Assembly: GCA_010909165.1 (NCBI GenBank)
Contig: MU008169.1
Coordinates: forward strand, 2,170,001 to 2,234,000
Length of the DNA: 64,000 bases
Direction: 5' to 3'
Source of the DNA: Anthoceros angustus
Lineage: Eukaryota > Plantae > Anthocerotophyta
The position numbers and the translations under genes were made by a program. Shown piece after piece: positions 38,939 to 52,727 of this stretch. Position 1 is the stretch's first letter. Each line of letters begins with the position of its first letter. The notes beneath the pieces are model-generated. The model did no database searches. It was not told where the DNA came from and saw only the letters and a program-made list of their open reading frames with translations.

Positions 38939-38940
38939 AA
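38404..38940 (+). CDS. Uninterrupted integrase core fragment of A2
   Basis: GYWWPTMYKDAVEFVK, WGIDFVGP, LVSDRGTHF, PKANGLTEKAN: D-D-E triad present in one frame. Confidence 0.85.
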   Translation: MPPMSHAENFEVGYWWPTMYKDAVEFVKRDACQRVGKPTRTTQWPLVPILALAPFEKWGIDFVGPIQPKTKARQNQYILVATDYCTRMVEAQALPVDSAHVVARFLFEQIITRYGCPLELVSDRGTHFVNQVISNMTSHFNVAHRKSTPYNPKANGLTEKANGLLCKILTKLTAAYAL

Positions 38941-39030
38941 CACCATTCCCTTGGGATCGAATCCTAGGACTATAACGACATAGAGGGTAAATGTGGCCCT
39001 TTGCGCCTTCGTGATGCAAAACCCATTCCA
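38939..39030 (+). repeat. Terminal ~92-bp remnant of 3' LTR A
   Basis: 'aacaccattcccttgggatcgaatcc...aaacccattcca' matches the LTR end at ~21702-21790. Confidence 0.85.
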
Positions 39031-42000
39031 ACCGGAAACCCGGTGAGGAGTCGGACTAGCACAAGGAGCACGGTTCCGTGACCCCAAGCTTCCACAAGGC
39101 TATTCACACGGCACGCTGATCGATTACAAGTTCAAAGGTAGGGGATGTCATGCCAAACGCACAAGAGTTGACGTCACGCATCCACCAACCTCAAGCTTGT
39201 CGAGAAAAGCATACAAGAATGTAACGCCAGCTAGGGCGTGAGTGGTAGCACCTGCCACTTGACCACGTGGCCACGGGTGACGAAGGTCCCAAAGGAGAGA
39301 AGACTCGCCACAAGATTCTGGATAACATGTCCCTTGCCCGCCTCAAGGACATTTAAAGAGGGAAGGTTCCCTACTAGTATACAAACGAACATGAACGAAC
39401 ATGTAGCCCCAAGGCCTTCATGCAGGTATATTGCCACACACATAATACAAGACAACGGATGAGGAATGTGACGAGAGAGATGAAGAAAATTGAATCGAAA
39501 ATGCTTGATAGAGAAAATTAAGAATAGAAAAATGCTTGAATAGAGAAAATTAAGAATAGGAAATGCTTGATAGAGAAAATTAAGAACATCACATCTTTTA
39601 CACTAGGTGGTCTTGCTTAAGTTTTTTGGGCAATTTTCTTAAAAGACGGTTATTTACACCGAGATGCTATCATAACATAAAGTTCTATGATATGAATGTC
39701 GATCAACTTTTTTCCGCCCACTCTCCAACAATCTTGCGATTCATCTAACTCTTATTCCTCTAAGTCATACATCCGGGTCAAGGGAACTATGTTGGCATGT
39801 TATAACTTTGGCACGCTCATACATTTGCTCTTCACATGATACAAATTATAGACACAATGGCTAGTAATCGAACGGCGCACACATTTGATTGTATTATGTG
39901 CATTGACCCGCCACATTTGCATCAACACATTCCTCATTGTCCTCTACGTAGTGTGTGCTTCTGCAAGACCAAATTATGCCAGGAGTGAGGCGCCAAGACA
40001 TAATAATATATGAGATGGTAGTTGACCAAGTCTCGTTGTGTGCGTGATCCGTCATAGCTTGGGATTACGTGGCTTCGCTCAACTTATAATCGATGCTAGT
40101 GGGCTTGGAAAGATTGGTGTTATTATCCCATCTCCTAACCCTAAAAGAAGATTGAGAATCGCCATGAGCACATGAGCCATATGAGTGGATGAAAAGCTCA
40201 AGACACCTAGAATGAAGTTTGACAAAGCGAATCAAGTAGCACAACGGAGAAACCATCAAGGTTATTTAAGGTTGAGCTATTGGTCTTTATGTAGTACTTA
40301 CTCTAGAACAAATCCAAGACTTGCATAGAGAAATTACTATAGGCTCGCCACCATCGAGATCAATTTTCTTAAAGCATGATTAATATATATGTTTTCCACC
40401 CAAAACAATAAGATTGTGGATTCTCTTTTAGGGAATTTGGTTTTGATTGCATAGCTGGAGTTCCAACCCTATACCACACTCGACTTTTGGCGGATCAAAT
40501 GCTTCTTCAATACCCGCCAGCTAATCGATCCACCGGATGCTCGAGCATCTACGGAAAGTGATGCGGCACATCCGGGTTCAATTCGTGTTGTTCAACGATG
40601 TTTGTAGGTGTTCTTTTGCTAGGCTGAAGATGGGTTACTCATCGCTTGACTCGCACAAAAAACATTTTGGAAGACTTGGTTATTCATTGACTAGCACAAA
40701 ACCACAATGAAACGGAAAAACTATAAATAAATAGCTTGATATAAATAACAAGGATAATAATTTTTATTTTTATTAAAACTTAAAAGGTAATGTCAAAATG
40801 TCTTTAAGAACAAGAAAAGAAACTGGATATCACCATCTTTTAGTGAACAATCTTATTTGATGATGATCGAGAGTTATCATGAGCTTTTTGATACGTTATC
40901 GCGATAGATTGCCTTGAGGCCTATATGTGGGGGTCGTTGTTGCAATCTTGAACAAAATTGTGCTTGCCTTGTTGTGGGTTTTACATCTCCGTGTCTCACT
41001 ACATCTTGGGTTGTTAGGCTTTCCCGCTACCATGGCTTTGTGAAAATGTCCATCATGTTGAAGACGATTTTGCTCATGATGGTCTTTCTCTTGCTTTGAG
41101 GCCACGGCAATGTTTGGAGGTGCTACTACCAAGGACTTGCACGTGGACTATGAGTTCTCGCCTCGATGCGAATGTGGTATGGTGTGTACTGATCCGATCA
41201 AATATTTCACCTTATCCAACCGCCGTTGTTGTTCATATTTATGTTGGTTGGGACCCAGCAATGTGCCAAGTTATGACAAATTAATTCAGGACTAACTGAT
41301 GTATGATTACATCCGGTTGCAATTTTGACGAAGCTCAACATTGTTGAAGACGAGTGGACTTAAAAAGTTGACACGAGCACTCTTGCCATGGAGCTTTTTA
41401 TGTTGAGGTGCACTTTGGTCCTAATAGTTGGATCTGCTGGATAGATGTTCAATGCGTAGTTCTAAGTGATTTGGTTGTATGTAGCGGATGTAGCTTGTTG
41501 GGTAGAGGAAGGAAAAAGAGTTGACGTGGGTATTCTTGCCATGGAACTTTGATGTTGGGATCTACTTTAAAGTAGTAGGAGTTCTCATCCGATTATAAAT
41601 GAAAATGTTTTTCATTTAAAGGTTTTAAATGGTCGTGATCTCTTTGTTGATTCTAATCCCGTATGGAGCTAACTTGGTTCTCTCAAAGGGGTTATTCGCC
41701 ATTAAAGGGGTTTAAGTTCCTAAAGGCCAAAAACGACCTTCAAACGGGCCAAAAACGCATCATCTTCGTAAAACCACTCTTTAGAGATGTACAAAAGACA
41801 TTGACCATGTTATTTTCGCGAATACCACGTCTGGCGAGGTTTTAAGTCAAGAAGGTTCGCAAATTTCATCTTCACAAGGAAGGGATTTCATGATTTATAT
41901 CGTGCTGGGAATTCTAAACACCTCTTCTGGCGGCAATTACTTCCTAGCAGGTTGAGCCGAGAGGGCAAACCAAACCAAACCAGTCCAATAAGCCAAATGC

Positions 42001-42970
42001 GCCGAACGTCCAAATCAACCAACATGCAAAAGAAGCAACTCCCAAGCCCAAAACAAACTGCAGACGTCCGCGAATTGTGAGAGGACATCAAGCGATGTAC
42101 CTGATCAGGGGCCATCTCGAGAGGGACAAACTAGGACTCTAGAAAACAAAGCATCACACGCCTAGTGCAATGTAAGTACACACCGTATCGGATCTCCATT
42201 ATTAGAGTGAAAAAACAGGAAGGAAATGGGGCAATGCGCTCGAGGTTTCGCGATTGGCGCGAGGTGTCCGCCGGCAGCGGATTCGAGCGATTTCACCAGT
42301 CCCCAATCTTGCCGGGCATCCAACGCGATGGAAGTGGTGTATTCGAGACCCCAATCTTCATGGTGTCAACGATGGAAGTGTTGAGTGGATGGAGACGTCC
42401 GGCCATATTTGTATATGTATTATTTCTATCCGATAGAAGAATATGTGCTTTTGCGTAGATAGACAGCCGATTAACATAAGAACTCCAAAGTCCCCCCGGG
42501 TTGGACTGTGATAGGATGGGGTGTTTGTTTTGGTAGTTTGAAAACTTTGTGAGAACTCCACACAAGCAACTTGGGGGATCACTCAAGATGGGGTGTTGAT
42601 TTTAGTGGTTTGAAAATTTGTAAATCATCCCGTTATCTAGGTTTTAAAGTATGGAATATTGGTTTGAAAATCATTTGTTGGTTGACGTTATGTTCATACA
42701 TTCGCTTTGTATACACATTTAAAACCTTTTCGGCCTTCCTATGCCTCGACCCTACCTACGACTTATGCCTAGACCTTTTATTGTTAAAAATGTCCGCTAA
42801 TCCGAGTTTGATGCGTGTATAGATGCATGCGCCTTGGTTTCTAGATGAGCTACATTTTCCAAAAATTTGACATGTGTAATGGTGGTTTCGATGGCCAACC
42901 TTTTGAATACGACAATGTTTCACAATGTTTTACGTAGAAGTAAGAAAATAAAGATAATTGATGATCCGCC
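39031..42970. repeat. Tandem unit copy 4, remainder after gypsy A
   Basis: Resumes with 'gaaacccggtgaggagtcggactagcacaaggagc' (unit position ~935) and is collinear to the unit end. Confidence 0.88.
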
Positions 42971-43886
42971 TTCAAGAATGAAAGCGTGTCGGATGTTGTC
43001 GAACACAAGGTAAGAGAGCATATGCCCGGCCACTACGAGCCCCAGTGAGAGCCAATGAGTATGTGAAGAAAGAGAGTTGGTCTGAGGATTTTGACCAAAT
43101 GGGTGACTCAGATTTTAGTGAGGCTATGAAGGAGGACCCGCTCTATACCCATTGACGCCAAGGCTGTGGTGCGTGCAAATGGTGTTCGAGAGACTAACCA
43201 TAGCCGAGCTCGCCAAGAGATTTTGAATTTAAGATCTAACTTGCACCATGTGCCGTGGGTGGACTAGTAAGGTTGAAAAGAGTGAGACAAGGAAAGCCCG
43301 AGTTCGGTCAAAGCTGAGCGCATGACCATCCTTTAAGACCTTGCTCGATTCTCACCATGGGCCTAGAGCGGCAACCCAAGTGTGGCTTGTCTGCATGGAG
43401 GGGGCAGGTCGAGACAGTGTGCCCGCATCGTGGATTTCTCGTGATGATGGGGTTTGAAAAGAACATTGATGTGAGTGTCGGTGCGCGGTGCAAGTGTGCA
43501 CGGAACGAAAGTGTTTGCCCTGCATATCGGCGCAATCCTTCCAAACCCGGCACCATTTTGAGTATAAGAAGTCATGTCTGTGCACTCCCGCCTTAGAGCA
43601 TGAGGCGCCATCATCCAACAGATCTTCTTTGTATCCGCTGGCAAGTGTATGGGTCTAGTTCTCTTAATCCACTTTAATTGGCAAAATTGACGCTTCTTGC
43701 TAAAAGGGGTTTTGAGACAAACCCTTCCCGGAGACACAAAACAAAGTGCTCATATCACAAAGCAATCTGATGTCACTCAAAGCATGCACCAGCCACGAAT
43801 AACAAGTCCCATGTGGACCGGTTAATCACATGGTCTCCATATGCTTGTCCACGCAAGGCGATGCGGCATTGTTTTAGGGTTGCTCC
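42971..43886. repeat. Tandem unit copy 5, interrupted by gypsy B
   Basis: Runs from the unit start to 'ttttagggttgctcc' (unit position 907), where LTR B begins. Confidence 0.88.
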
Positions 43887-46800
43887 TGAACATGGGCATA
43901 AAGTTTGGGCAACCAAACAAAAGGCCCAAGACAAACAAGTTTGATTTTTTTGGCTAGGAACGATTGAAGAGGAGCATGCCAAGAAATTTTCCGAGAATCT
44001 TGAAATGGAGTTGTAGGATATTGTTAGGAAGGCAAAAGGATATCCCAGAAGAAACGGTCGAAACGACCCAGCGGCGGGAGGCGTCAGGTGGTAGTACTCC
44101 CGTAGGGCCCACGGGGTACGAGAAGGAAGGGACTACCGCGGTGGTGGCGGACTACCGTGGTAAACAAATCTCAAAAAAGGAAATTTAGAATAGAGGGGGA
44201 TATCCACTATATATGCTCACCAATAGGGAATAAATATATAGAGTAATTAGAAGCGGTTAATTAGGATAGCAGATAGGAAAATAGGTAGTTTAGATAGAAT
44301 TAGGATTTTGGAATGATGAACCCAATCTAGGGTTGCGGCCGTGGCGGACATCCAAAGGAGGGCAAAGTGCGGTTTGGGCTTCTCCATTAGAGAACAGAGC
44401 GAGCTGGCGTTGGAGCAAGCAAAAGGAAGGAAGCGCCATCGCGAGAACGCGCCATCGCCACGAGCAAGGGGGGAGGCGACCCCGAGAAGGAGACCCAAGC
44501 GGGCGGAGACCGGTGGAAGGAAAAGCGGAGTGCCGCAAGGAAGAACTCGCGCCGGGCACCGGAAGGGAAGTGTGAGCGAGCGCCAAGGAAACAACACACT
44601 GTGGTGAAATTGAAGGGGAGGCTTGCAGAATCGGTGGCGCCACCACAAGAAGACAGGAGGTGGCGCAGGAAAAACTTGGGCAGGCTAACGTGTGCCGGTG
44701 AAGTGTGGTTGCTACCCCAAGGAGAAGTGTTTGGAAGAAAGCAAGCACCGATTGCTTGGATTGGGAAATTCCTTCCTTTCACTTGAAAGGAAGCACCATG
44801 CCTCGAGGAAAGGCAAGGGAAGGAGCCAGCAAAGGCTCTTCGCGAGAAGGAAGGAAAGAAGGTGAGCTACCGCCGAGGAGGTGAACTTTAATGCCCCAAT
44901 TCACTTGCTTTGCAGCTCAACCCCGAGATTTGGTTGATTTTCGGCGAGGAGGAGGAGAACATCCAATGGGATGGGTGTATGGCCGCCAATGGGCCTACAC
45001 CAATTTGGAATTGATTGAGGAGTGTTACATCAACCTCCATCAATCGGAAGCGCCTGCCGCATAGGAGGAATGCTAGAACGGATCGCTGTTGGGACAAGAA
45101 GCATTCGGCAGTGTATGGGACCGGAGGAGGAGAGCTCGAATTGCTCTCTCGAAAGGTCGAATGGAGGGAAGAGGACATCCTCTCGACATCCGCAGAGTTC
45201 CTTGACATGATGGATGGAGGAGTGAAAGCCCACGCCAAGAATGGCTGGAAGGAGCATCAAGGAGTCAAGTGGAGGCTCTTCGCAAAGATTGTGCTGGGGT
45301 TGGTAAATTACCAACGCACTTCTTATTTCAAAGACCAACTTCCTCCAATTTTGTGGAAGATTTCCATGGGAGCCAAGCCGGATTGGGGACTATCATGTAT
45401 GAGGCCTACATCCACCAGAGAAGCTCCTCAAGCCAAATTCGTGGATGAGGAAGGGCCAAGCCATGCTTAGCACCTATTTGGTGCATTTGTGGGAAACCGA
45501 AGGACTTCTCACAAGCAAGGAACTTGAAGATGCATGGCATCCCTTTGAGGTCATCCACCTCCAGCCGAGGTTGGAAAGGCCTTTACCTTTTGCATTGTGC
45601 AAGACGGTGGGAGGTCAGACCTCCACAAGCATGCTAGAAGCAAGAGGAGAAGATGCGGAAGCAACAAGGTTGCCGGAGTGGGAATCTCTTCCCCCACAGG
45701 AGCAAGCAAGGGAGAAGTGTTTGAAGAGAAGTGAGCACTTTGGAAGAATTTCCTTCCTTTCACTTGAAAGGAAGGCCACCATGCCTCGAGGAAAGGCAAG
45801 GGAAGGAGCCAGCAAAGGCTCTTCCTCGCGAGAAGGAAGGAAAAAAAGGAGCGGGCTGCCGGAGAGGAGCTTCAATGCCTCAATTCACTTGCTTTGCAGC
45901 TCAACCCCGAGATTTGGTTGATTTTCGGCGGTGGGCGGAGGAGGAGAACATCCAACTAGGATGGGTGTATGGCCAATGGGCCTACACCAATTTGGAATTG
46001 ATTGAGGAGTGTTACATCAACCTCCATCAATCGAGCGCCTTGCCGGAAGGAATGCTCGGATCCAGTTGGGACCAAGAAGCATTCGACGGTGTATGGAGAC
46101 CGGAGGAGGAGAGCTCGAATTGCTCTCTCGAAAGGTCGAATGGAGGAAGAGGACATCCCTCTCGACATCCCGCAGGAGTTCCTTGACATGATGGATGGAG
46201 GAGTGAAAGCCCACGCCAAGAATGGTAAGGAGAGCATCAAGGAGTCAAGTGGAGGCTCTTCGCAAAGATTGTGCTGGGGTTGGTAAATTACGCACTTCTT
46301 ATTTCAAAGACCAACTTCCTCCAATTTTGTGGAAGATTTCCATGGGAGCCAAGCCGGATTGGGGACTATCATGTATGAGGCCTACATCCACCAGAGAAGC
46401 TCCTCAAGCCAAATTCGTGGATGAGGAAGGCCAAGCCATGCTTAGCACCTATTTGGTGCATTTATGGGAAACCGAGGGACTCTCACAAGCAAGGAGCTTG
46501 AAGATGCATGGCATCCCTTTGAGGTCATCCACCTCCACCGAGGTTGGAAAAGGCCTTTACCTTTGCATTGCGCAAGACGGTGGGAGGTCGACCTCCACAA
46601 CATGCTAGAAGCAAGAGGAGAAGATGCGAGGCAACAAGGTTGCGAGTGGGAATCTCTTCCCCACAGAGCAAGCAAGGAGAGGAGCAAGAAGCCGAGGAAG
46701 GCCGAATGGTGGTCTATGAGAGAAGGACCACGGGGGTGACCCAGAGTGGGGAGTCCCCACCATCTCCTTTGTGCCTACGAGAGGCACCCCTGACTACGGT

Positions 46801-49800
46801 AGGGAGGCGCACCCAAGGGGTGGGCAGCCTACCGTGGTAGGCGCACCTACCATGGTAGGTAGGCGACACAGGGGGAGCATCACTGGTGGCCACCCCGCCG
46901 CAGCCCTGGCGGGGAAGGGAAGGAGAAGAAGGTGCCGCGAGCGGCGCCGAGGCCACCATCTCCGCCCGGTGGGAGGCGGATGGAGCGACAGTGAAGGGAC
47001 CAGGCCCGATGGCCCGAGTGGGGAGAGCTGGAAATTTCCAGAAGAAGAGAGGGGTGAATTAGGACCCCTAGGAGAATTGGGAGCTTGTGAAGCACTCACC
47101 GTGGATTTGAAGGGGCTAGGGACCTAGCAGCCTCCTTGTGGGCATGCCAAGAGGAAGTGAAATCTCAAGACATGGCCGGAGGAAAGGCAGGACTAATGGC
47201 AATTGGAGGCCATGGAGTCCGATGAAAAGGCAGCCAAATTGGAAAAGGTCAGGAAGCTCCAACGACCTCATAGAACAAGCGGAGAAGGCCTAGAGGGGTT
47301 GTCGTCAAGAAAGAGCCATTCGCAACAACCCAAAAGGATTCTTGGAGGCAAAAGGCGGAAGAGCATTTTGCCCAATTAGAGCAAGAAAGGAAAAGCAAGG
47401 CGAGGCACTAGGAAGGAGAAGCAGCAACTCAGAATGGCCGCCATGAGCAGTGATGGCTACTCAAGCATCAAAATCCGGATATGGAGAGGAGTTGAGAAGG
47501 ACCCGGTTAATTTAAGAGAGAGCGCCGAGAAGCACAAGACCAAGAGCGGAGCGAAGGAATGCTTGGCAAGCGGAGAAGGAGAGCTTGCTCACGAACAAAG
47601 GAGGTCTCAGAGGAGGAGCGCCACAAGAAGGTGGTGCATAATGCGTAGTGAGGAAGCGATTTTGGCGATTATGCCCTTCGTGCAAAATTGGCCAGCCACT
47701 AAAGGAAGTGAGGGAGGAGAATGTAACCTCCATGTGAAGGTGGGAGAATTAACCACCTCAAGAGATGCCTACAAGGTAGGTGAGGATGGAGAGTGGCCCA
47801 CGGAGATTGATGATCTCCAAATGCAATATCACAACTTGGGGCTCACCTCCACAGATCTTGAAGGCCAACAATGAAGTCTTACGGTTGGCCAAGAGGAGGA
47901 CATTGGGTCCTCATGATGATGATGAAGGAGCCGCAACAAGTGCAGCGAGGCCTCCGATTTTGATGAGGCCATCGAAATGGACTCAGGAATGAGGAGTCGA
48001 GGTGAAGGAGCACCGCAGGATGGGGAGGCGGAGAGCAAGGAGAGGGACAGCCCCCTCGGGGTCACCCTACCTGAGGTGACCACCCTACCACGGTAGTCCG
48101 CCGACTACCGTGGGGCCCACCTCCGGTAGTCCGCCGACTAGGGTGGGCAGCTACCGTAGGCCACTACCATGGTAGGTAGGCGATCACCGTGGATTTGAAG
48201 GGGCTAGGGACCTAGCAGCCTCCTTGTGGGCATGCCAAGAGGAGGAGTCCAACGCAAAAGGGCCCGGAGATGGAGGAAGGGAAGGAGAAGAAGGTGCCGC
48301 GAGCGAGGCCACCATCTCCGCTGGGTGGGAGAGCGGATGGAGCGACAGTGAAGGGACCCGCGCCGCCGCGCGATGGCCCGCGAAGTGGGAGAGCTGGAAA
48401 TTTCCAGCAAGAAGACAGGAGGGGTGGAATTAGGACCCCTAGGAGAATTGCTGGGAGCTTGTGAAGCACTCAGCCCCGTGGATTTGAAGGGGCTAGGGAC
48501 CTAGCAGCCTCCTTGTGGGCATGCCAAGAGGAAGTGAAATCTCAAGACATGGCCTAAGAAAGGCAGGACTAAGTGGCAATTGGAGGCCATGGAGTCCGAT
48601 GAAAAGGCAGCCAAATTGGAAAAGGTCAGGAGAAGCTCCAACGCGACCTCAGATGGGCGCACGGAGAAGCCCCGAGGGAAGTTGTCACAAGTCAAGAAAG
48701 AGCCATTCGGCAACAACCCAAAAGGATTCTTGGAGGCAAAAGGCGGAAGAGCATTTTGCCCAGCAAGAAAGGAAAAGCAAGGCGAGGCACTAGGAAAGGA
48801 GAAGCAACTCGCAAGTGGCCGCATGAGCAGTGATGGCTACTCAAGCTATCAAAATCCGGATATGGGAGAGGAGTTGAGAAGGACCCACAATTTGAAGAGG
48901 AGCGCAGCGAGAAGCACAAGACCAGTGTGAGTCGGAGCGAAGGAATGCTTGGCAAGCGGAGAAGGAGGGCTTGCCAAGCATGACTGGAACAAAGGAGGTC
49001 TCAGAGGAGGAGCGCCACAAGAAGGTGGTGTAATCGGGTAGAGGAAGCGATTTTGGCATATGCCCTTCGTGCAAAATTGGCCAGCCACTAAAGGAAGTGA
49101 GGGAGGAGAATGTAACCTCCATGTGAAGGTGGGAGAATTAACCACCGCAAGAGATGCCTACAAGGTAGGTGAGGATGGAGAGTGGCCCACGGAGATTGAT
49201 GATCTCCAAATGCAATATCACAACTTGGGGCTCACCTCCACAGATCTTGAAGGCCAACAACGAAGTCTTACGGTTGGCCAAGAGGAGGACATTGGGTCCT
49301 CATGATGATGAAGGAGCCGCAACAAGTGCAGAGGCCTCCGATTTTGATGAGGCCATCGAAATGGACTCCGAGGAACTGAGGAGTCGAGGTGAAGGAGCAC
49401 CGCGACGGTGATCGGGAGACGGCGCGAGAGCAAGGAGAGGGGACACTCGGGGTCACCCTACCCCAGAGGTGACCACCCCACCACGGTAGTCCGCCAGACA
49501 CCGTGGGGAACCACACCGTAGTCCGCTGATCACCGGTAGGGCTGGGCCCGGCACGAGCTTGTTGGGAGTTGGGACGAAGCCGAGATGGAGGAAGGCCGGG
49601 GTGCAATACCCCCGGAGGCGCAGGGGTGGTGGGAGAGACAACCCCACCGGAGGAAACTAAGGACGGGTCCGACCCGTGAGGGGGAAGGGTGAGGAATCCC
49701 TTATCCCACGAGTAAGGGAGGAACCGGACCCGAGGAGGAGTCCAACGCAAAAGGGCCCGGAGATTAGGAAAATCCGCATGGTGGGCGATGGGGATGAAGG

Positions 49801-52385
49801 GTGCTCTATGATAGGTATGGACAAATCCAAAGGCAAGAGCAATGAAGATCCCGACCCAAGAAACCCTCACCGAGGAGGAGTCCAACGCAAAAGGAAGGAA
49901 GAGAGTAGGGGCCGACTACCACGATGGTAGTCACCTACCCCGAGTCGCCGGACTACCTAGGTGCGAATAAACGATCGCGACAAGGCGCGAGATGGAGGAA
50001 GGAAGAACTTGCTGGTGGAGGCGGAGATGGAGGAGGAGGAGTCCAACGCAAAAGGGCCCGGAGATGGAGGAAGGGCAAGATTGTACTTGCCCCACACATT
50101 AGGAAGCGACAAGTGGGAAAGGCAAGAGCAAAAGGAGGGCGAGGGAGCCAATCCACCACGGACACGTCACCACCAGTAGGTGACTAGATATGGTCAAGGG
50201 CCATAAATGCTAGGTAGAAGAATAGGAAGGACGGTGATGTAATCGACATCCTTCGAGGATAGACTTAGGTGAAGTTACTAGAATAGAATTTACCAAGAAG
50301 GACAATAGACTTAGGTGCCGGACATTAAATGTCGGTAGGAAAATAATAGAATATTGGAAAAGGTGACTGCAGAGGGTCACCCAAGGGAGGTTGTATGTGG
50401 AAGGCCTCCTATAAGAGGAGGAGGATTTCACAAAGTAAAGTATCATGTCTTGCGCCCACGCCACCGAGTCCTTTGCCATTACAGAGGAATTTCGTGTCCG
50501 TGAGCCAACACGTCTGGTAGAGAGGAAGTCGCGGTGGTGGTGTGGAGGACTTGCTCGCAAGTGCCTAAACGAGTTGCTCCCCTTGTGAATGGTTGCGTGA
50601 AATTGCTTTGCTTTGGGTGTGTGGCAAATGCCCAGAACTCTCGGCTTGAGGGTAGACTACAGGAAAGACTCCGGAGGTTCTCATTGTCGTGTCAAACTCA
50701 TAGCAACCGCCCAAGGAAGAACTTGCTGGTGGAGGCGGACCCAGGCAGCAGTAAGGGAGGAACCGGACCCGAGGAGGAGTCCAACGCAAAAGGGCCCGGA
50801 GGGTAGGAAAATCCGCATGGTGGGCGATGGGGATGAAGGGTGCTCTATGATAGGTATGGACAAATCAAAAGGCAAGAGCAATGAAGATCCCGACCCAAGA
50901 AACCCTCACCGAGGAGGAGGAAGGAAGAACTTGCTGGTGGAGGCCGACTACCACGATGGTAGTCACCCCAGTGCCTACCGCCTAGGTGCGAATAAACGGC
51001 GCGAGGCGGCGGAGATGGAGGAAGGCGCCTAGGTGCGGGCGGGAAGGGCAAGAGCAAAAGGAGGGCGAGGAATCGCCGCCCGGAGATGGAGGAAGGGCAA
51101 GATTGTACTTGCCCACACATTAGGAAGCGACAAGGCGGGAAGGGCAAGAGCAAAAGGAGGGCGAGGGAGCCAATCCACCACGGACACGTCCCTAGGTGAA
51201 GACTAGATATGGTCAAGGGCCATAAATGCTAGGTAGAAGAATAGGAAGGACGGTGATGTAATCGACATCCTTCGAGGATAGACTTAGGTGAAGTTACTAG
51301 AATAGAATTTACCAAGAAGGACAATAGACTTAGGTGCCGGACATTAAATCTGTAGGAAAATAATAGAATATTGGAAAAGGTGACTGCAGAGGGTCACCCA
51401 AGGGAGGTTGTATGTGGAAGGCCTCCTATAAGAGGAGGAGGATTTCACAAAGTAAAGTATCATGTCTTGCGCACGCTCAGTCCTTTGCCATTACAGAGGA
51501 ATTTCGTCTGTGAGCCAACACTCTCGTAGAGAGGAAGTCGCGGTGGTCGGAGTGCTTGGTGGAGGACTTGCTCGCAAGTGCCTAAACGAGTTGCTCCCCT
51601 TGTGAATGGTTGCGTGAAATTGCTTTGCTTTGGGTGTGTGGCAAATGCCCAGAACTCTCGGCTTGAGGGTAGACTACAGGAAAGACTCCCGGAGGTTCTC
51701 GCCGTCCGTGTCAAACTCATAGCAACCGCCCAAGGAAGAACTTGCTGGTGGAGGCGGACCTGCGGTTGTGCCGTGGGGCGAGTCGAAACCAAGAAGCCCG
51801 AATCGAGGTTAGAATAGGAGGAAGAGGATGAGGAGATGAGAAGATGAGTAGAGGATTAGAGGTGTAGGTGTTAGTGGAAGGAAGGCAGAGCCTAAGGGAC
51901 GAATCCCAACTGCAAGTAAAGAGCGCTCCCGAGTGGAGAAGAGTGGTCTTAGAAGTAGGGACGAATCGTGTGAACTGGGGTCCCCGGCGCCCGTGGTAGG
52001 CTCTTCGAGGCGGGACCTGCAATTGTGTTGTGTCGTTGTAGGTCAAGTTTGGTCTTAGAAGTAGGGACGAAATCGTGAACTGGGGTCCCCGGCGCCCGTG
52101 GTAGGCTCCTTCCGAGGCGGGACCGCAATTGTGTTGTGTCGTTGGGTCGAGGTTGGCGATTTTTCAAGCCGGTGCAAGTGGTGCACGTGAGAGGGAGAGT
52201 AGAGGCGCCTTGCTTGTTGAGAAGGGACCGAGGGTCACCATGTGTTGTGAGGAAGCGATTGGTGATCACAAGGCCTCGAACTTTCACACAAGTCTCATGG
52301 GACGAAACCCAACGTCTGGCGACTGGGATAAGTGTGGCCGCTATAGTGGGAGGACCCGGGAGTGCCCCGGATTCTCCCTACCACA
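43887..52385 (+). repeat. 5' LTR B (8.5 kb as assembled, with several internal duplications)
   Basis: The first ~455 bp match 63546-64000. It ends 'ccctaccaca' before the PBS. The interior cannot be confirmed as LTR within this window. Confidence 0.65.
44860..46690 (+). pseudogene. Accessory ORF domain in LTR B, present twice (~44860-45700 and ~45860-46690)
   Basis: PQFTCFAAQPRDLVDF, WAYTNLELIEECYINL, EFLDMMDGGVKAHAKNGWKEHQGVKWRLFAKIVLGLVNY, PILWKISMGAKPDWG, AMLSTYLVHLWETEG. Confidence 0.6.
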
Positions 52386-52403
52386 TTTTTGGCGCTGTCG
52401 GGA
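52386..52403 (+). promoter_or_regulatory. PBS of B (TTTTTGGCGCTGTCGGGA)
   Basis: Directly after the LTR CA. Matches the other PBS motifs. Confidence 0.75.
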
Positions 52404-52727
52404 CTTGTTGTTGAAAGGTTGAAGTTTTGTGGTTTCCATCGCTAGGGTAGCAAGCTTGAGGGTCGACCATGTGTTGTGAGGAAGGAGCTTCACGACCTTT
52501 AGTTGTCATCGGGGTGAATGGTTGAGACACTAGAGGGGTGTGGTTTGCTTCCTTCTTAACGACTGTGGGTTGGAGGACATGAGGATGGTTGCAGATGTCC
52601 GACAGGGGTCGATCTAGGGGATACACGCGAAGGTCACCACCACACCGCAAGAGATTTACGAGCCTTAAGAAATCGGAAGAGACCGCTGCCGCTACTCGAG
52701 GCGGGAGGAAGTAGAGTTACGAGCGAC

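Larger units (their letters stand above)
17761..39030 (+). mobile_element. Ty3/gypsy family A, non-chromoviral (Athila/Tat-related), tandem LTR-int-LTR-int-LTR remnant
   Basis: Domain order gag-PR-RT-RH-INT. The INT C-terminus RWMGPFVV..VFDNGSIQL...KKY has no chromodomain. PBS and PPT are present. Both flanks are adjoining parts of the tandem unit. Confidence 0.9.
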
